A DNA stretch of 25,107 nucleotides from Anaerohalosphaeraceae bacterium (GCA_050309605.1 JBNRMN010000085.1:1-25107); one strand, 5' to 3'; positions 1 to 7,734 are shown, numbered from the stretch's first letter. A program made the numbers and translations. Notes: generated by a model from the letters alone, not told the origin.

Positions 1-63
1 AAATCACTGTCGCTGCAGATATAGAGGGTGAGACCTCATTAACCTTTTTTAGGAGATTTCCGA

Positions 64-1908
64 ATGCAAAAAACAGACACAGGCCCTCCCGTATTAATCC
101 AGTTTCCGACCGCTCAGGTGCTGGCCAGCCAGCGACTGCCCGCCCTCGAAATCGTCGCCTACACAGGCGGGTTTATGACGGTGCCGGGCTGGGGGCCGCT
201 GTGTATCGACCTGAAGGGCCTTGAGGCCGGACAGGTAGCGGTGCTGGCCGACCACGACGCCAAGCAGTCCGGCGTGGTCGGTCACGGCACTGCCTCGGTC
301 GAAGGCGGCAGGTTGGTGGTGCGAGGCCTTATGAGCGCCGACAGCGAAGCGGCGCGCGAGGTGCTCAAGGCCGCCAAGAACGGTTTTCCCTGGCAAGCGT
401 CCGTTGGGGTCGAGGTTCTGGATTCTGATCGCCTGCGCCCGGGACAGGCGATTGACTTGAACGGCCGCCATCTGGTTTGTCCGGATGGTGGTGCCGTTCG
501 GGTTACGCGCGGCAAGCTGCGCGAGGTCAGCATCACGGCGCTGGGCTGTGACGATGCGACCGCTGTACAGATTACTGCAATGAAAGTTCAAGGAGACAAT
601 GTTATGGAACAGACAGTAGAAACACCGGAAGTCAAAACCGACGACCTGCAGGCCGAGTGCAAGCGGGTTGCTAATATTCGCAACCTGTGCGGCGACCGCT
701 ATCCGGAGATTCAGGCCAAAGCCATCGATAGCGGCTGGGACGAAAACCGTACCGAACTGGAAATCCTGCGGGCCTCGCGCCCTGCGGCTCCGGGCGTGTT
801 TATCCGGGCGACGCATACGCCCAACAGCAACGTCCTCGAAGCGGCGCTGCTGATGCGGATGGGTCGGTCGGAGTTGGCCGAGAAAAATCTCGGTGCGATG
901 GCCTTGGAGCAGGCCGACCGGATGGGGGTCACCAACCTCATCGATGTTTGCCGGGCGGCCCTGTACGCCGACGGTCAGCCGATTCCCAACAACCGGATGG
1001 AACTGGTCAAGGCGGCCTTGAGTACCTACTCGTTGCCGGTGGCGCTGGGCAATGTGGCCAACAAGGTGCTGCTGGACGCCTACGCCGAGACGCCTGCGAC
1101 ATGGCGGACGTTCTGTGCAGTACGCAGCGTCAGCGACTTTAAGACCAACACGGTCATTCGCCCGACGTTTACCGGCCAGCTTGAGGAGATTGCCAAAGGC
1201 GGCGAGTTCAAACACGGTAGCGTGGACGAGGCGATGGTGCAGTATGCCATCGACACGTTCGGCAAAATGTTGAGCATCGACCGTCGCGACATCATCAACG
1301 ACGATTTGAGCCTGTTTGAGGACACGGCCGCCTCGCTGGGCCGAGCGGCGATGCGTCGGGTCAGCGATTTGGTCTATCACGTGCTGCTGGCCAACGCCGA
1401 CGACTTTTTCTCGCTGGACAATAACAACCTGCTGACCGGCGGACCGAGCGTCTTGAGCATCGACGCCTTGAGCGAGGCGATTGCACTGCTCCGCACCCAG
1501 CGGGATAAGGAAGGCAATGACCTTGACCTCAAGCCTTCGGTGCTGCTGGTCAGCCCGGAACTGGAAAGCACGGCCCGGGCGCTGCTGGAAAGCGAGTATA
1601 TTCAGGCACAGGTCGAAGGTCCGACGGGCAATTCGCTCCGCAAAGCCGTCCGGCTTGAGGTCGAGCCGCGGTTGAGCAACGATGTCAAGTTCCCGGCGAC
1701 CGCCTCGAAAAAGCAGTGGTTCCTGTTTGCCTCGCCGAGCAACATGCCACAAATCGTCGCCTTCCTCAACGGCCGTCAGTCGCCGACGACGGAGTTTTTC
1801 GGTCTGGACCACGACGTCAACCGCCTGGCCGTCGCCTGGCGTGTCTATCACGACTTCGGTACGGCGATGTGCGACCCGCGTGCTGCCGTTCGCAGCGACG
1901 GCGAATAA
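64..1908 (+). CDS. Phage prohead protease-major capsid protein fusion (Mu-like gpT-type / HK97-fold capsid domain, Planctomycete phage type)
   Basis: N-terminal protease-like motifs AYTGG, DHD, GFPWQASVG and LREVS. C-terminal capsid motifs VANKVLL, SVSDFK, GEFKHG, TFGKMLSIDRRDIINDDL, AFLNGRQSP and YHDFG. AGGAG RBS upstream of ATG 64. Confidence 0.88.
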   Translation: MQKTDTGPPVLIQFPTAQVLASQRLPALEIVAYTGGFMTVPGWGPLCIDLKGLEAGQVAVLADHDAKQSGVVGHGTASVEGGRLVVRGLMSADSEAAREVLKAAKNGFPWQASVGVEVLDSDRLRPGQAIDLNGRHLVCPDGGAVRVTRGKLREVSITALGCDDATAVQITAMKVQGDNVMEQTVETPEVKTDDLQAECKRVANIRNLCGDRYPEIQAKAIDSGWDENRTELEILRASRPAAPGVFIRATHTPNSNVLEAALLMRMGRSELAEKNLGAMALEQADRMGVTNLIDVCRAALYADGQPIPNNRMELVKAALSTYSLPVALGNVANKVLLDAYAETPATWRTFCAVRSVSDFKTNTVIRPTFTGQLEEIAKGGEFKHGSVDEAMVQYAIDTFGKMLSIDRRDIINDDLSLFEDTAASLGRAAMRRVSDLVYHVLLANADDFFSLDNNNLLTGGPSVLSIDALSEAIALLRTQRDKEGNDLDLKPSVLLVSPELESTARALLESEYIQAQVEGPTGNSLRKAVRLEVEPRLSNDVKFPATASKKQWFLFASPSNMPQIVAFLNGRQSPTTEFFGLDHDVNRLAVAWRVYHDFGTAMCDPRAAVRSDGE

Positions 1909-1935
1909 GTGTCTGATGGGGGTACGTTATCCCTT

Positions 1936-1990
1936 GGATGGCGGGGGTTTTTGTCCTTTACCCCGCCATCCCATTTGTTTAATTTTATTT
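1936..1990 (+). terminator. Probable intrinsic terminator or hairpin after the capsid gene
   Basis: GGATGGCGGGG (1936-1946) and CCCCGCCATCC (1961-1971) form an 11-bp perfect stem, followed by T-rich sequence. Confidence 0.6.
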
Positions 1991-2005
1991 TCACGGGAGG
2001 CGTGT

Positions 2006-2161
2006 ATGGTCACCACAGAATGTCCCACAGCGAAAATCGGCAAGTACCGCATCAATGTCCAACCGTCCGCAGAAGAGCCGCCACAGGCCAACCAGCGCGT
2101 CGAGGCGTTGGCCCAGTGGCTGCTGGCCCAGTGGACCAAAGAGCAGATTGAGAGGAATTAG
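2006..2161 (+). CDS. Small hypothetical protein (51 aa, MVTTECPTAKIGKYRINVQ...), coupled to the helicase gene
   Basis: GGGAGG RBS at 1995-2000, ATG at 2006. Its stop TAG abuts the ATG at 2162. It is the C-terminal part of track ORF 1682..2161. Confidence 0.6.
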   Translation: MVTTECPTAKIGKYRINVQPSAEEPPQANQRVEALAQWLLAQWTKEQIERN

Positions 2162-3859
2162 ATGGCAGCGCCCAAGCTCCTTAGCAGCGACGGGATGCTC
2201 TGGCCGTGGCCGACCGATTATGACGGCCGCTATATTTGCCTGTCGGCCGAGCGGATGTATCGCAGTGGCTTTTTGAAATCGGCCCATGCCGCGCAGCATC
2301 TCATCATCGACAATGATAACCCCAAAGACGACATCCACCGACGGCTCAAGCTCAACTGGGCATGGGAGCAGCGGCGTCTGTGTCGGGATGCGTTCAACAA
2401 TAAAAAACTTCGGCGACTGGAAATCGACGCCTACCATACCGACCAGCCTGCGCGGTTGAACCACTATCGCAGCCAAAGCAGCCATCCGGTGCGTCTGGCG
2501 TTCCGGCTGGCCTATTGGCGGGGTCGGGTCCACGCGCTCGAATATATCAAGCAGTCGTACTTCGATGCGGGATTTCCCGAGCACAGCGGCCATCGGAAAT
2601 GGGGCTATTTCCACGAGAGCATGGTCATCCCGTGGGCCAGGAAGGTCGCCGACTGGGCCAACAATCCGCTGGACGGAAAACTCTACCTGCCGCCTGACCT
2701 GATACACCAAGCCCGGCAGATTGCCGAACGTGAGCGGAAATGGAAACCGCCTGCGCCAGTGGCCAAACCGAAGCCAGCGGCGATGTCGGCAGCGGTCGCA
2801 GCGCCCAAAACCATCACGCCCGCACCGCTGCCGGCGTCACCTGCCGAGATTATCACCATCTCGCTGGCTGACGTCGAGGGCAAGGAGATACAGTGGTTCT
2901 GGCCCAACCGCATCCCGGCCGGAATGCTGACGCTCTTGGTGGGCAATCCCGGGGTGGGTAAATCGTTTCTGACGATGTACATCTGCGCGATAGTCTCGAC
3001 GGGTCGCGACTGGCCGGATGACAAAAACACGCTCGCCCCCGGCTCGGTGCTCTTGTTCAGCGATGAAGAGAGCTTGGAATATGCCATCAAGCCGCGGCTG
3101 CAGTCACACGGGGCCGATTGCTCTAAAATCTTTGCCGTCCCGCACATCCGATGCGCTGACGGTCATCCCGAGCCATTCACCATCGACGAGCATATTCAGC
3201 TGCTGCGTGAAAAGCTCCAGAAGATGCCCGATTGCCGGGTCATCATCTTTGACCCGATTACGGCGTATCTGGGGGCCGTCAACGCCAACAACAACGCCGA
3301 GGTGCGGGGCGCACTGGTCGGCCTGCAGGGCTTGGCGCAGGAGCGGAACGTGACCATTCTGGGCATCAACCATTTTTCCAAAAAAGCCGAGCTGGATGCG
3401 ATTCACCGGATTCTGGGGTCGACGGGATTTGTGGCGGCCGCACGCGCGGTCTGGGCGGTGATTCAGGAAAAGCCGGACGAACACAATCCCGACCCCGACC
3501 CGCCTCGCCTGCTCATCCCGGTCAAGAGCAACTACAGCATCGCACCGACGACGCTGCAGTTTCAGATTATCAATAAACAGGTGGTCTTTGACAAATCGTC
3601 ACAGCGGGTGGACATCGACTCGATTCTGCAGCAGACCAAAAAGAAAGGCGGCCGGCAGTCCAACAAGAAAGATGCCATCGCCGATTGGCTCAACGAGCGA
3701 GTCGGCACCGAACCCGTGCTGGCCGATGAACTGCAGGTCGAGGCGGAAAGCAAAGGGCTGACGTGGAGTTATGTCCAGAAGGTGGCAAACGAGATAGGGA
3801 TTGTCAAAACCAAATCGGCCGAGCATGGCGGGAAATCATTGTGGGCGTGCGGTGAATGA
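2162..3859 (+). CDS. AAA_25/RepA-like (RecA-fold SF4-type) replicative helicase with unrecognised N-terminal domain
   Basis: Walker A GNPGVGKS, Walker B VIIFDP, ILGINHFSKK, GSTGFVAAAR and KSN motifs. Pro/Ala-rich linker around aa 195-230. Short helical C-terminal domain. Confidence 0.82.
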   Translation: MAAPKLLSSDGMLWPWPTDYDGRYICLSAERMYRSGFLKSAHAAQHLIIDNDNPKDDIHRRLKLNWAWEQRRLCRDAFNNKKLRRLEIDAYHTDQPARLNHYRSQSSHPVRLAFRLAYWRGRVHALEYIKQSYFDAGFPEHSGHRKWGYFHESMVIPWARKVADWANNPLDGKLYLPPDLIHQARQIAERERKWKPPAPVAKPKPAAMSAAVAAPKTITPAPLPASPAEIITISLADVEGKEIQWFWPNRIPAGMLTLLVGNPGVGKSFLTMYICAIVSTGRDWPDDKNTLAPGSVLLFSDEESLEYAIKPRLQSHGADCSKIFAVPHIRCADGHPEPFTIDEHIQLLREKLQKMPDCRVIIFDPITAYLGAVNANNNAEVRGALVGLQGLAQERNVTILGINHFSKKAELDAIHRILGSTGFVAAARAVWAVIQEKPDEHNPDPDPPRLLIPVKSNYSIAPTTLQFQIINKQVVFDKSSQRVDIDSILQQTKKKGGRQSNKKDAIADWLNERVGTEPVLADELQVEAESKGLTWSYVQKVANEIGIVKTKSAEHGGKSLWACGE

Positions 3860-3885
3860 GCAGGATATACTAAGAGAGTATTATT

Positions 3886-3947
3886 ATAAGTTGTATAAGT
3901 AGGATAAGTAGAAGATCCTCAACTTATCCTACTTATCCAAGATATCC
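3886..3947. repeat. Iteron-like 9-bp repeats arranged as an inverted repeat; putative replication origin
   Basis: ATAAGTTGT-ATAAGTAGG-ATAAGTAGA (3886-3912) with opposing copies on the other strand. Perfect 15-bp IR ATAAGTAGGATAAGT (3895-3909) / ACTTATCCTACTTAT (3922-3936). AT-rich, directly after the helicase gene. Confidence 0.65.
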
Positions 3948-4001
3948 GACTCATACACTTACATACATCCTGATTAATTCGCAAAAGACGACGGCGATTA
4001 T

Positions 4002-4052
4002 GGTTCCTTCCGGGTAAAACAGGCAGGAGACTCCGCCGGGAACAATCACCAT
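4002..4052 (+). other. Candidate cos-like packaging signal
   Basis: GGTTCCTTCCGG (4002-4013) resembles the lambda cosQ region GGGTCCTTTCCGG and is followed by the GC-rich CTCCGCCGGGAAC. Intergenic, downstream of the replication module. Confidence 0.35.
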
Positions 4053-4107
4053 CCCAGAAAGAGTTAATTTTGGGCGGGGCATTTTTGCCGTAACGCGCAG
4101 GGGCGCT

Positions 4108-4287
4108 ATGTGGACACGAAGCTCATTACTCCAATTGGCCTGGCAGTGCTATGGCGACCATCGCGGCTGCTACCGCATGCGCTGCGCCCGCTGCGGGACG
4201 CGCTTTTTCGCATCGCGGCCCAACGCCCGCTATTGCCGCAACGCCTGTCGGCAATGGGCGTACCGTCAGCGGCGAAAATTGCCATAA
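4108..4287 (+). CDS. 59-aa zinc-finger microprotein (CxxC...YCxxxCR; CGNR-like)
   Basis: Hand translation: MWTRSSLLQLAWQCYGDHRGCYRMRCARCGTRFFASRPNARYCRNACRQWAYRQRRKLP*. Below the ORF-track size cut-off. Confidence 0.65.
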   Translation: MWTRSSLLQLAWQCYGDHRGCYRMRCARCGTRFFASRPNARYCRNACRQWAYRQRRKLP

Positions 4288-4405
4288 AAATAGTGCATAT
4301 TTATCAATAATTCCGGCCTAATACGCTTGGCTTCTGGTGGGGTTTATGGCCCTATAGGGACGTTATTAAAGACAAAAAAACGCCACTATTCAGGAGACAA
4401 AACAA

Positions 4406-4894
4406 ATGGAACTGACGGACGAAATTATCGACATGACCTACAAATTCGCACACACCTACCTGCGGCGCATCGGACGCACCGACATCGACCACAACGACCT
4501 TGCCCACGACGCGATGGTCAAGATTGCAAAGGCATCCGAGGTGGAGCCCCGGTTTCTGCGGCACCGCGTCTGGTTGGATATCAAAAGCGTGTTTTTTGAT
4601 TTTTACACCAACGCGACCACCCGCAAACACAACGTGCTGCTGGACGCGGTTCACGCCGAGTTCGATATGGAAACATTCGACCCGGATACGGTAACCGCCA
4701 AAGATGAATTTATCCGGGCACTGAAGATTGTATTTCGGGCGCAACCGACCCAATACGAAATTCTCGTCCTGCTTTTGAGTGGAAAGACCATCAAGGAGAT
4801 TGCGCAAATGCGCGGCACCACCACGAACGCGGTAGATGAATTGAAACAGAAAGCCCGAAAAGAAATCGCAGCGATCCTTGGCATCGCCGCATAG
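4406..4894 (+). CDS. ECF sigma-70-like / LuxR-type HTH regulator
   Basis: Region-2-like DHNDLAHDAMVKI and region-4 HTH EILVLLLSGKTIKEIAQMRGTTTNAVDELKQKARKEI. CAGGAG RBS at 4391. Confidence 0.7.
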   Translation: MELTDEIIDMTYKFAHTYLRRIGRTDIDHNDLAHDAMVKIAKASEVEPRFLRHRVWLDIKSVFFDFYTNATTRKHNVLLDAVHAEFDMETFDPDTVTAKDEFIRALKIVFRAQPTQYEILVLLLSGKTIKEIAQMRGTTTNAVDELKQKARKEIAAILGIAA

Positions 4895-4911
4895 ACAGAA
4901 AGGAATTCACC

Positions 4912-6699
4912 ATGGCATCCAAAAAACACATCAAGGCGGTCGGCTATGCCCGACGCAGCACCGACCTGCAGGAGCGGTCGATTCCCGACCAGAAGGCGTA
5001 CATCGAAAAATGGGCCCAGCAGAATGGCTACCGCATCCTCCGCTGGTACGTCGATGACGCCATCAGCGGCACCAGCACCAAGGGACGGATGGCGTTTGAG
5101 CGGATGATTGAGACCGCCGAGAACGGCCGGGATTTCGATACCATCCTCTGCTATGACATCAGCCGTTTTTCACGGGGCGGCACCAACGAGACGGGGTACT
5201 ATTTGCATCGGCTTGAGAAAGTAGGTGTCAACGCCATCTTCCCTGCCGACGGGATTCCTGACGGCGACGAGGGCGAACTCTTGCAAGGCGTCAAATCCTG
5301 GCAAGCCAAACAATACACGGTCAAATTGTCGCGGGATGTGATTCGGGGGTACATTTCGACGGTCACCATTCGACACAGTGCGGTGGGCGGCATTGCGCCC
5401 TATGGGTATGACAAGCAGCACCAGACCGCCAACGGTCAGATACTGCGGACGTTCCGCTGGATGGCCGATGGTCGCAAACAGGAATTCGGACCCGACGGCA
5501 AGCTGGTACGCATCTTGGAAAAGAGCGAATTTGTCAAGAAGGCCAAAAGCGATATTGTCCGGCTGGTGCCCAGCGATCCGGAGCGGGTCAAAACCGTCCA
5601 GCGGATTTTCAGCCTTTATCTGTCTGGTCGTGGAGCTGCCCATATCGCTTCTATTCTCAATCGGGATGGCATTCCGAGCTATACCGGAGTCAAGTGGGTC
5701 AGTCGCCAAATTCGAGGGGTCTTGGACAATCCCGTCTACAAAGGCGCATTGGTCTGGAACCGACGCACACTGGGGCGCTTCAATGGGGTTGACGGCGATG
5801 GCAATCTTCGTCCGAAGCGTAATTTTCTGGCGGCCAATAATCCGCAAGAAGACTGGTATCTGGTCGAGAATGTTCACGAACCGCTGGTCTCGCCCGATGA
5901 CTTTGAAAAAGCCCAGCAGGAAAAGAAAAATCGCTGCGATATGGGTGGCCGTGCCAAATCCACAGGCCGCGCCTTGTTGTCGGGATTGATTGTCTGTTCC
6001 CATTGCAACCAATCGTTTCATAAGACATACGTGGAGTGTAAATCCGGGGGTGTACCAACGCGATACTATTACTATGCCGATGCGGGGTATAAGCGGGGTG
6101 GTAAATTCCTCTGCAAGCAGACGAACGTCCCAATGGAACCACTGAACGCCTGGGTGCTGCATCACGTCAAACGCATCCTCTTGGGCGACCACAAGACCGT
6201 TGAGGAGGCGGTCGCCGCATTTATCAAAAAACTCCGGTTGGGCAAAGAGACGGCCGACGATACGGCCAACATCCAAAAAGAACTGGACGCGGTCAACCGC
6301 CGCATCAAGGCGACGCTGGCAATGCTGGCCGATCCGAGTTTTGAGGGACTGGATGAGATAAAAGCCACCCTGTCCGAATTGAAACTGCGTCGCGACCGAC
6401 TGCAGAAAAAGAATAATACCCCCAAACCCGCTGTCGCCACCTTCCGGGAATCCGATTTACGGGATTGGGCAACGGAACATATCGCCGCCATCGACCGCCT
6501 CATCGCACACCCCACCGCCACCGTCGAGGATAGAAAACTCGTCCACGCCTTTATCCACCGCATTGAAATCGACCCCTACGCCAAACAGGGAACACTTTAC
6601 CTTCACAAAGATGTGTTTGAAATCTTCAAAAACAATTTTTGCAGTTGGGGGAGTATGCAGGATTACCGCGGCGCGCTCAAGATGAAAGGCGAAGCATAA
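4912..6699 (+). CDS. Large serine recombinase (resolvase catalytic domain + recombinase domain + Zn ribbon/coiled coil)
   Basis: AVGYARRST with catalytic Ser, DDAISG, DISRFSR, PYGY, LDNPVYKG, HEPLVSPDDFEKAQ, LLSGLIVCSHC and a coiled-coil segment. Confidence 0.93.
   Translation: MASKKHIKAVGYARRSTDLQERSIPDQKAYIEKWAQQNGYRILRWYVDDAISGTSTKGRMAFERMIETAENGRDFDTILCYDISRFSRGGTNETGYYLHRLEKVGVNAIFPADGIPDGDEGELLQGVKSWQAKQYTVKLSRDVIRGYISTVTIRHSAVGGIAPYGYDKQHQTANGQILRTFRWMADGRKQEFGPDGKLVRILEKSEFVKKAKSDIVRLVPSDPERVKTVQRIFSLYLSGRGAAHIASILNRDGIPSYTGVKWVSRQIRGVLDNPVYKGALVWNRRTLGRFNGVDGDGNLRPKRNFLAANNPQEDWYLVENVHEPLVSPDDFEKAQQEKKNRCDMGGRAKSTGRALLSGLIVCSHCNQSFHKTYVECKSGGVPTRYYYYADAGYKRGGKFLCKQTNVPMEPLNAWVLHHVKRILLGDHKTVEEAVAAFIKKLRLGKETADDTANIQKELDAVNRRIKATLAMLADPSFEGLDEIKATLSELKLRRDRLQKKNNTPKPAVATFRESDLRDWATEHIAAIDRLIAHPTATVEDRKLVHAFIHRIEIDPYAKQGTLYLHKDVFEIFKNNFCSWGSMQDYRGALKMKGEA
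6655..6699 (+). pseudogene. 3' remnant of a prophage major capsid gene fused to the LSR C-terminus; putative attR junction near 6645-6660
   Basis: MQDYRGALKMKGE aligns ungapped with this window's capsid end MCDPRAAVRSDGE (6/13 identical plus V/L and R/K). It is followed, after a TA moron, by DUF2190, the gene that normally follows the capsid gene. Confidence 0.7.
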
Positions 6700-6712
6700 A
6701 CAGCCGGATGGG

Positions 6713-6979
6713 TCATTCGTAATGTGACCACATCCGCAGCACTTTGACAATACGTTCTTCGGTTAAGACCTGATAGACCAAGCGATGCTGAATGTTGATC
6801 CTGCGGGAGTACAGCCCCGTCAAATTGCCAAGCAGTTTTTCGTATGGCGGATAGGACGAAAAGGGGTCTTTTTCAATAAGTGCCAAAAGTTTTCTCACTT
6901 TCGGTGCTAATCCGGCAGCGGCGATTTTATTGGCATCTTTGACAGCGGCTTTGGTCAGGATGACTTCGTATCGGGCCAT
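6713..6979 (-). CDS. yoeB: Txe/YoeB family mRNA interferase toxin
   Basis: PPYEKLLGNLTGLYSRRINIQHRLVYQV...MWSHYE. Start at ATG 6979 (MARYEV), overlapping the antitoxin end. Confidence 0.92.
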   Translation of the reverse strand: MARYEVILTKAAVKDANKIAAAGLAPKVRKLLALIEKDPFSSYPPYEKLLGNLTGLYSRRINIQHRLVYQVLTEERIVKVLRMWSHYE

Positions 6980-7221
6980 GCAAACTCCGAAAGCGGGGTG
7001 CATTCTTCAGGTGATGCCTGACGGCCTTCAAGCAAGCTCTGGGTCATGCCCGGAATCGATTGAAGGTAAAGAGTCTCCTGAATGGCGGCGTAGTCTTCCT
7101 CTGAGATCAGGATACCTGCCCCGTTCTTGCTGGTAATGCAGATCGGCTCGTGCGACTCCTGAACCTGGCTAAGGAGCTTATAGAGCTGTTTTCGAGCGTT
7201 TGTGGCGGTAATGGTCGTCAT
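6955..7221 (-). CDS. yefM: Phd/YefM family antitoxin
   Basis: TATNARKQLYKLLSQVQESHEPICITSKNGAGILISEEDYAAIQETLYLQSIPGM; lies upstream of yoeB. Confidence 0.92.
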   Translation of the reverse strand: MTTITATNARKQLYKLLSQVQESHEPICITSKNGAGILISEEDYAAIQETLYLQSIPGMTQSLLEGRQASPEECTPLSEFAWPDTKSS

Positions 7222-7262
7222 AAAACCTATCCAGAAGTTAGGGTTGAAGCTTTACAGTAAAC

Positions 7263-7278
7263 GTACGCTATAGCGTAC
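7263..7278. promoter_or_regulatory. Probable YefM-YoeB autoregulatory operator
   Basis: Perfect 16-bp palindrome GTACGCTATAGCGTAC about 40 bp upstream of yefM. The GTAC half-sites resemble the TGTACA core of YefM operators. Confidence 0.65.
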
Positions 7279-7323
7279 ATAAAGTTCGCGTGAAAGTCAA
7301 CTAAAATCTATGAAGGAAAAATT

Positions 7324-7665
7324 ATGGCAACAGCACGATTTATTCATGACGGTGATGCGATTGATTACACCCCCGGCGCAGCGGTTAACGCCGGCGATGT
7401 GGTGGTTCAGGGCGATCTGATCGGGATTGCCAAGCTGGACATGGCCGCCGGTCAACTGGGGGCGCTGGCGGTAACGGGCGTCTTTGACGTTCCCAAGGCC
7501 ACCGGCACGGGCACCGACATTGCGGCCGGAGCCAAGCTCTATTGGAACACATCCAATCAACAGGCCACCGATGATGACGGCAGCGGCTTCAATAAGTATC
7601 TGGGCAAGGCCGTACGTGCAGCGGCCACCACAGATGCGACGGTGCGGGTACGACTGGAACAATAA
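7324..7665 (+). CDS. DUF2190 family phage head decoration/cement protein
   Basis: MATARFIHDGDAIDYTP...GDVVVQGDLIGIAKLD...GALAVTGVFDVPK...GAKLYWN...YLGKAV...VRVRL. Confidence 0.88.
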   Translation: MATARFIHDGDAIDYTPGAAVNAGDVVVQGDLIGIAKLDMAAGQLGALAVTGVFDVPKATGTGTDIAAGAKLYWNTSNQQATDDDGSGFNKYLGKAVRAAATTDATVRVRLEQ

Positions 7666-7670
7666 CGGGT

Positions 7671-7734
7671 GTGGGGCTTGGGGCGTGAGGCTTGAGGTTG
7701 ACACTGCCTCCCCCAAGCCCCACGCCTCAAGCCC
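7671..7734. repeat. Heptamer-repeat stem-loop (G[GA]GGC[TG]T units)
   Basis: GTGGGGC-TTGGGGC-GTGAGGC-TTGAGGT followed by complementary CCCAAGC-CCCACGC-CTCAAGC. Confidence 0.7.

Noticed and set aside
94..1851. 585-aa antisense ORF, and similar long antisense ORFs at 5170-6276, 1991-2710 and 9405-10124
   Set aside because: They mirror well-supported genes on the other strand in GC-rich sequence and show no recognisable motifs.
3886..3947. Possible CRISPR array (also considered 7671-7734)
   Set aside because: Units are 7-9 bp with no spacers, and there are no cas genes.
4110..4310. Track ORF of 66 aa (MDTKLITP...)
   Set aside because: The overlapping frame 4108-4287 gives a clear Cys4 zinc finger and is the better gene.
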